Positions 58,544-64,000 of a DNA stretch of 64,000 nt are shown here, piece by piece. Where the stretch lies: contig OZ250150.1 of assembly GCA_965237675.1 (NCBI GenBank), positions 5,216,001 to 5,280,000 on the forward strand, given 5' to 3'. Both the position numbers and the translations under genes were made by a program. Source of the DNA: Candidatus Latescibacterota bacterium. GTDB taxonomy: Bacteria; Latescibacterota; UBA2968; GCA-2709665. Each line of letters begins with the position of its first letter. The first letter of the stretch is position 1. The notes below the pieces were generated by a model that ran no database searches, was not told the DNA's origin, and saw nothing but the letters and a program-made list of their open reading frames with translations.

Positions 58544-59506
58544 ATGAGCGCTCTGCTCGACCTGACCTTTCGCGGGAATCCGCTGGTTGGATCCGATAAT
58601 GACGCCGGCGAGTTGAGGCGTTCGGACGACATTTCGCACGATCCTATCGCGCTGCACGCCCGCATGGCCGATGACGGGTACCTCTACCTGCCTGGACTCC
58701 TCGACCCCGAAGAAACGCTGGCGGCGCGCCTGGGAGTGATGGAACGCCTTGCCACGCTGGGCTCAGTGGATGAAACCCGTCCCCTGCTCGAGGGGAAATA
58801 CAAACCCGGCGGCGGGCTCGGCACCATGTTCGACTTCACACTCAACAATCCGGCACTGATGAAAATTCTCTACGACGGACCCATGATCCGGTTCTACGAA
58901 CGATTCCTGGGCGGTCCCGTCACCCATTTCGACTATACATGGTTTCGGGTCAAAGCCCCGGGGTCCGCGTCTCCCACCCAACCCCACTACGACGTGGTCT
59001 ACATGGGCCGCGGCACCCCCAACCTCTACACCTCCTGGACCCCGCTCGGCGACATACCCTTCGAAATGGGCGGCCTGATCATCCTGGAGAATTCCCACAA
59101 GAGCGAACGCCTTCGGCACACCTATGCGCGCACCGATGTAGACAAATATTGCGAGAACGAAAATCAGGCAAGACGGATCGTCGAAACCGCCAGGGTTCAA
59201 GAACGCGATCTCACCGGCAAAGAACAGTCCCGAATCCGCTGGAATTCCACCGGTTCGTATGCGTCCGACGCGATTCAGGCTCGAAAAGATCTGGGCGGCC
59301 GTTGGCTGACCGCGGACTACAGACTGGGCGACGTGCTCGTCTTCTCCATGCGCACGTTGCACGCCAGCTCCGACAACCACACTGACCGTATCCGCATCTC
59401 CTCAGACTCCCGTTATCAACTCGCCTCCGAACCGCAGGATGAACGCTGGATCGGAACCCGGCCGCCAGCGCACGGAATACGCGCGAAGCAGGGCATGATC
59501 TGTTGA
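58544..59506 (+). CDS. Phytanoyl-CoA dioxygenase (PhyH) family
   Basis: DGYLYL, PHYD, WTPLGD...GGLI..SH and GDVLVF...LHAS..N...RISSD.RYQ. Confidence 0.9.
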   Translation: MSALLDLTFRGNPLVGSDNDAGELRRSDDISHDPIALHARMADDGYLYLPGLLDPEETLAARLGVMERLATLGSVDETRPLLEGKYKPGGGLGTMFDFTLNNPALMKILYDGPMIRFYERFLGGPVTHFDYTWFRVKAPGSASPTQPHYDVVYMGRGTPNLYTSWTPLGDIPFEMGGLIILENSHKSERLRHTYARTDVDKYCENENQARRIVETARVQERDLTGKEQSRIRWNSTGSYASDAIQARKDLGGRWLTADYRLGDVLVFSMRTLHASSDNHTDRIRISSDSRYQLASEPQDERWIGTRPPAHGIRAKQGMIC

Positions 59507-59590
59507 CACCGACAGGCTCGCGTCCAGAATTCCGTGGGCAAGTTCTCCCGAGCGAATGGTTGAAACCTACAAGGACCTGGCCCGTTTGTT

Positions 59591-61513
59591 TCAAAAACCG
59601 TCTTCCGCCCCCCGTTCGCGCATCTGCCGCACAAACGAATTCCCCGAATAGTCCCCGCGCACGGCCCTGAAATCGGCCTTCACTTCGTCCACCCCTCCGT
59701 CGGCGCCATATCCGATTGCCGCCGCACCGCCAAACTCCTTTTCCGCATCCGCCAGCACCTTTTTCGTAGACGAGGCGCGCGCCTTCCGGTACGTTGCTTT
59801 CAAACCCTCGATGTCCTCCTGCGTCAGTGCGTCCACGCTGGCGCCGGTACGGGCACGGAACGCCTGCCGCACCCACGCCCACTCGTCCCTGCCATACATC
59901 CCGTGGGCCGCCTCAAATGCCGCATTGAACGCCGCCACCGTGTCAATCCGTCCGGACACAATATCCGTTTCAATTTGCGCGAGCCGGGCCCCGGCAAGGA
60001 GCAAACCGCCCACATCCGCCCAACGTTCGTCGTATACCTCGCCTTCAACCGGACCCGGCGCCGTTCCCTTCGCCACTCGCTGAAGAATCTTTCCGATGAG
60101 GTACATCTCGATCGCCGCCCCGTAATTCCTGATGCCGTGACGCAAGACCAGCCGCCGGATTCTCACCCCGTTGTGACGCACAATTTCCACCTCTCGCGGC
60201 GTCTTGTCGTACAGCGCGTTCAGCAGCGCCTCTCCACGCATCATACGCTCAACCGTATAGGGACTGAACACCTCGAACCGGATCTGGTCGCGCTTTACCG
60301 AAGCCGTGCGCCGATCCCGATTTGGCCACTTCTCGCCATCGCGGACCGTGCCCACCGTATGCAGGTTCATTGCCGGCGTGAGAAAACTGGCGCCCTTTTC
60401 CTCTACGACGTAGGAAAACGGCAAATCCCGACTATCAAAATTTGTCATGTGCTTGCCGATTACCACAGAAAACGGCCCCACCGCGCTCGGCAGAAGCATA
60501 TAGGAAAACGATCCGGTCTTGCTGCCGCGTTCCAGCACACCCTGGTGCACGGGACCGAGCTTATACATGTGGTTACTCTGGTTGGTCCCGCTTCCGGCAT
60601 TGTAGAACGAATACAGCCCCGCGATCAGCAGCGTGCTCTTGTGGTGCGTCACCGTGTACGGGCCGCCGAACACCGCACAGGCTTCGCCGTTAAAACATTC
60701 TGAATTGGCGAAGAAGAGGGAATTCTCAGCCGAAAACTGCTTCCCGACCTCGACTCCCTGTCCGATAAAGCACCGGTTGAGAATCGCGCCACTCTCCACA
60801 CTGGAGCCCTCGGAAATAATGAAATCCTCGGCCGTAACGGAAGCGCCAACCCGTGTCTGCGCATCCGCCTCGCTCAGAACGGTTCCGTTTTTCAGCATGG
60901 CCGCCCCGGTGACCACCGCGCAGGAACCAATATTCACGTCCACAATCTCATTCACATGGGCGACGACCGCGCGTTCGCCAACCGTTCCCACATCCGACGT
61001 TATCTCAGCCACAAACGCGTCTACCATTGCCTGGAGACGGGGCGTCATCTCCTTCCGATACCGGTGCATACTCACCAGGTAGGCGAACTGGCTGGACATC
61101 TCGTTGAACATCGGCACCTCTCGCCCGCCTCCCTCGTTAACCGCTTCCACGACCACGCCATTACCGAATGTCGCACCGGCGCGCGTCGTCATCTGCCCCA
61201 CATCCGTTACGACTGCGCCTGTGCCAATCCGGTAATTCGCGAGATGGCTGCGCACCCGTGTCACCCGCACGTTATCCCCCAGTTCGCAATCTATCAGCGT
61301 GGCGTCCGAAATCTCCGCGGGCAAATCCACGCCAGCGAAGGACACGGTACCCCGCAGAGCGCCCATCTTGACCTGTCCGCCAAGAACGACATGCTTCACC
61401 CGATCCGGATCGAATCCCTGCTTCACTTCCACCTTCGACCAATCCGCGGACGCACACCCGTTCCGTTCCAGCACCGCGATTTCCGCCTCGGAAAGCGCAC
61501 GATACCCAGCCAT
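59591..61513 (-). CDS. DUF4954 family protein (left-handed beta-helix-like)
   Basis: YRALS..EI..L...GC...DWS.V, GEAC..F.GPYTVTHHKSTLLI, NAGSGTNQSNHMYKLGPVHQG..ERG and KW..RD.R. Confidence 0.88.
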   Translation of the reverse strand: MAGYRALSEAEIAVLERNGCASADWSKVEVKQGFDPDRVKHVVLGGQVKMGALRGTVSFAGVDLPAEISDATLIDCELGDNVRVTRVRSHLANYRIGTGAVVTDVGQMTTRAGATFGNGVVVEAVNEGGGREVPMFNEMSSQFAYLVSMHRYRKEMTPRLQAMVDAFVAEITSDVGTVGERAVVAHVNEIVDVNIGSCAVVTGAAMLKNGTVLSEADAQTRVGASVTAEDFIISEGSSVESGAILNRCFIGQGVEVGKQFSAENSLFFANSECFNGEACAVFGGPYTVTHHKSTLLIAGLYSFYNAGSGTNQSNHMYKLGPVHQGVLERGSKTGSFSYMLLPSAVGPFSVVIGKHMTNFDSRDLPFSYVVEEKGASFLTPAMNLHTVGTVRDGEKWPNRDRRTASVKRDQIRFEVFSPYTVERMMRGEALLNALYDKTPREVEIVRHNGVRIRRLVLRHGIRNYGAAIEMYLIGKILQRVAKGTAPGPVEGEVYDERWADVGGLLLAGARLAQIETDIVSGRIDTVAAFNAAFEAAHGMYGRDEWAWVRQAFRARTGASVDALTQEDIEGLKATYRKARASSTKKVLADAEKEFGGAAAIGYGADGGVDEVKADFRAVRGDYSGNSFVRQMRERGAEDGF

Positions 61514-61906
61514 ATGTGATCTATCCTCCTTTCATGGTCCGATTCCGCGGCTCGTATCCCACAAAAAAACCAGTCATTACCGATTCAAGAGGGCGGGTAA
61601 GATATTCACGCCCGTGCCCGTCGGCAAGCAATTTCTAACGAATTCCCGGTGCGCTCCACCGCTCCATGTCGCCGGGCAAAACGCTTTACTTCAATCGTGC
61701 CTTTGGGTATATTAGTCTTCCTTCATTTTCCCCGCAAGTTCTCGAAACGGCGGTTTGCGGTTAACGGCCGTGGCGCCTGCACTCCTGGATTCAAACCGGT
61801 TTCGACGTGGGGAATCGATCGGTCCATTCAAACCTGCAATCGACATATGCCACTGTATTCCTGGAATCCCCGTCTTACCGGGAAAACACGAGTTGAAAGG
61901 GCGTAA

Positions 61907-62665
61907 ATGGCCGGCAGCATCAAGCTCAGAGTATGCGAGACCGACGCCGAAGTTGCAACGGAAGCGACCAACACGATTGCAAATCTGATCCGAGTCAGGC
62001 CGGATGCGGTGATCGGACTGGCAACCGGATCCACACCGGAACAGACGTATGCCGGACTCGCCGACTTGCACCGTAAGGAGGGTCTCGGATTTGCGAAGGT
62101 CACCACGTTCAACCTGGACGAATACTGGGGGCTGGACGGCGATCACGACCAGAGCTACCGTTATTTCATGAAAGAACACTTGTTTCGTCAAATCGACATC
62201 CGCCCCTGGAATACCCACGTCTTGAACGGTACCGCCGCCAATCCCGAGTTGGAATGCCTTGCATTCGAAACCAAGATCCGCGCTGCGGGCGGCATAGACC
62301 TTTGGCTGCTCGGCATTGGCACCAACGGTCACATCGCGTTCAACGAACCCGGCAGCCCCGTCGACAGCCGCACGCGCCTCGTCAACCTCGCCCCGAGCAC
62401 GATCGAGGCGAACAGCGACGGGCGCTTCTTCAAAGACGCAGGAGAAGTCCCCCGATTCGCCCTCTCGGCGGGGATTGGCACCATCCGGGAAGCCAGGGGC
62501 ATTGTCCTGCTGGCCACTGGGACCCAAAAGGCCGCCGCCGTTGCCCAGGCCCTGGAAGGGCCGCCTTCAACGGACTGCCCTGCCAGCCTGCTTCAGAGCC
62601 ACCAGGACTGCACATTTATCGTGGACCCCGACGCGGCTTCAAAACTGGAATCTCGTCAGGTCTGA
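61907..62665 (+). CDS. nagB: Glucosamine-6-phosphate deaminase
   Basis: GLATGSTP, TFNLDEY, GGIDL.LLGIG.NGHIAFNEPG and PASLLQ.H. Confidence 0.96.
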   Translation: MAGSIKLRVCETDAEVATEATNTIANLIRVRPDAVIGLATGSTPEQTYAGLADLHRKEGLGFAKVTTFNLDEYWGLDGDHDQSYRYFMKEHLFRQIDIRPWNTHVLNGTAANPELECLAFETKIRAAGGIDLWLLGIGTNGHIAFNEPGSPVDSRTRLVNLAPSTIEANSDGRFFKDAGEVPRFALSAGIGTIREARGIVLLATGTQKAAAVAQALEGPPSTDCPASLLQSHQDCTFIVDPDAASKLESRQV

Positions 62666-62740
62666 ATGACCAGACCACTCGCCGCCCTGTGCCAAGATGG
62701 GGAATTCTTCCAACTTTCTGGAATTTTCATGGAGCGCCAA

Positions 62741-62986
62741 ATGGATCGTGGAGAGATCAAGACAGGCGTGTACCGGGTCACATCCCGGGTTCTAAAAATC
62801 GACCCGTCGGAAGTCGGAGACCATCAGAACTTCACGGCGGATCTGGGCGCCGAATCCGTACAATCCGTAGAACTCATGGCTGGTTTTGAAGAGGAATTCG
62901 ATATAGAAATGGACGAAGATGAAGCCCTGGCCGTGCAAACCGTGGGTGGCGCCATCGACTTCATCGCGCTGTACGTAAACCGTTGA
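62741..62986 (+). CDS. Acyl carrier protein
   Basis: F.ADLGAES...VELM...EEEFDIEM.ED.A....TVG; acidic, about 81 aa. Confidence 0.88.
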   Translation: MDRGEIKTGVYRVTSRVLKIDPSEVGDHQNFTADLGAESVQSVELMAGFEEEFDIEMDEDEALAVQTVGGAIDFIALYVNR

Positions 62987-63027
62987 TACCTGAAAAGTTA
63001 TCCCCGACCACGCCAGGAGCGTAAGCC

Positions 63028-64000
63028 ATGAGAACAGGAGACCTGACCGAAGTCACCGAGCCGAACCTCCTCGACGAGCAGTTCGACTACAACCTGCCCC
63101 CAAAAATTCTGTTTGACGGCCCCATCTACGAAGAAATCGGAGACCGGCTCGTCAGATTCGACCCGGAGGAAGCCCTCGCGCGCGACCTCGTCATCACCGA
63201 TACCACCTTTCGTGACGGCCAACAGGCCCGCCCGCCCTATACAGTGGAACAGCAGGTCAAACTCTACGATATGATGGCCAGGCTCGGCGGGCCGAACGGC
63301 ATCATCCGCCAGACCGAGTTCTTCCTCTACACCAAAAACGATCGGCGCACCCTGGAAGAATGCCGTGCGCTCGGACATCGTTTTCCAGAAATAACCTCCT
63401 GGATCCGCGCCGACAAGGGCGACTTTCGCCTGGTCAAGGAAGCCGGCGTCAAAGAAACCGGGATGCTCACGCCCAGTTCCGACTATCACATCTTCTACAA
63501 GCTCAAGAAAGACCGTCGGAAAGCATTCAACGACTACCTGGAAGTCGTCGAAGCCGCCTGGGAATCCGGCATTCGGCCACGGTGTCACCTGGAGGACGTC
63601 ACACGGGCGGACATCGAAGGCTACGTCCTGCCATTCGTCCGGGAACTGATGCGCCGTTCAGAGCAGGTGCCACCGGAACTGCGCGCCAAAATACGGCTCT
63701 GCGACACCATGGGTTTCGGGGTCAGCTATCCCGGCGCAAGCCTTCCGCGCTCCATCCCCAAACTGGTCTACCGGATGACCAACGACGGCGGGGTTCCGCA
63801 CGATTGCCTTGAATGGCACGGGCACAACGATTTCCACAAAGTTCACGTTAACGGCGCGACCGCATGGCTTTACGGCTGCAATGCACTCAACACGACCTTG
63901 TTCGGTTTCGGCGAACGCACAGGCAACCCTCCCCTCGAAGGAGCAATACTCGAATACATCGGCCTGCGCGGGGACCTGTGCGGCATAGATACCCTGATGA
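63028..64000 (+). CDS. DRE-TIM metallolyase, Re-citrate synthase/isopropylmalate synthase-like (partial)
   Basis: Not in the ORF track. Manual translation from ATG 63028 (AGGAG RBS): ...ITDTTFRDGQQARPPY...EFFLY...SDYHIF...RCHLEDVTRAD...RLCDTMG...EWHGHNDF...GFGERTGN. Confidence 0.88.
   Translation, partial: MRTGDLTEVTEPNLLDEQFDYNLPPKILFDGPIYEEIGDRLVRFDPEEALARDLVITDTTFRDGQQARPPYTVEQQVKLYDMMARLGGPNGIIRQTEFFLYTKNDRRTLEECRALGHRFPEITSWIRADKGDFRLVKEAGVKETGMLTPSSDYHIFYKLKKDRRKAFNDYLEVVEAAWESGIRPRCHLEDVTRADIEGYVLPFVRELMRRSEQVPPELRAKIRLCDTMGFGVSYPGASLPRSIPKLVYRMTNDGGVPHDCLEWHGHNDFHKVHVNGATAWLYGCNALNTTLFGFGERTGNPPLEGAILEYIGLRGDLCGIDTLM

Overview
A GC-rich bacterial chromosomal window that is mostly protein-coding. 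I found no rRNA, tRNA, CRISPR array, transposase or prophage. Several features point, by inference only, to an FCB-superphylum diderm such as a Latescibacterota/Gemmatimonadota-like lineage: a PorV/FadL-like barrel, a secreted S8 protease with a C-terminal dockerin-like repeat, a peptidase-WD40-Omp85 fusion, and the yicC-gmk-rpoZ-coaBC-udg-dnaB order. Housekeeping genes are rpiA, era, yicC, gmk, rpoZ, coaBC, udg, dnaB, kptA, a diadenylate cyclase, prs (frameshifted), a pseudouridine synthase, nagB, an ACP and a Re-citrate-synthase-like enzyme. The most notable uncharacterised items are: (1) a ~1600-aa membrane protein fusing a degenerate PA/M28 peptidase-like ectodomain to a MacB/FtsX-like permease, next to an OPT-like transporter and with no ATPase nearby; (2) an envelope cluster with an L,D-transpeptidase, a Cys-less paralogue, a coiled-coil lipoprotein, a PorV-like barrel and a divergent holin-like ORF behind a hairpin-rich leader; (3) two unrelated MITE-like families, one in two ~92%-identical copies with different 4-bp target duplications; (4) a decaying region at 47-57 kb with several gene fragments and an apparent GC-skew inversion near 56 kb.
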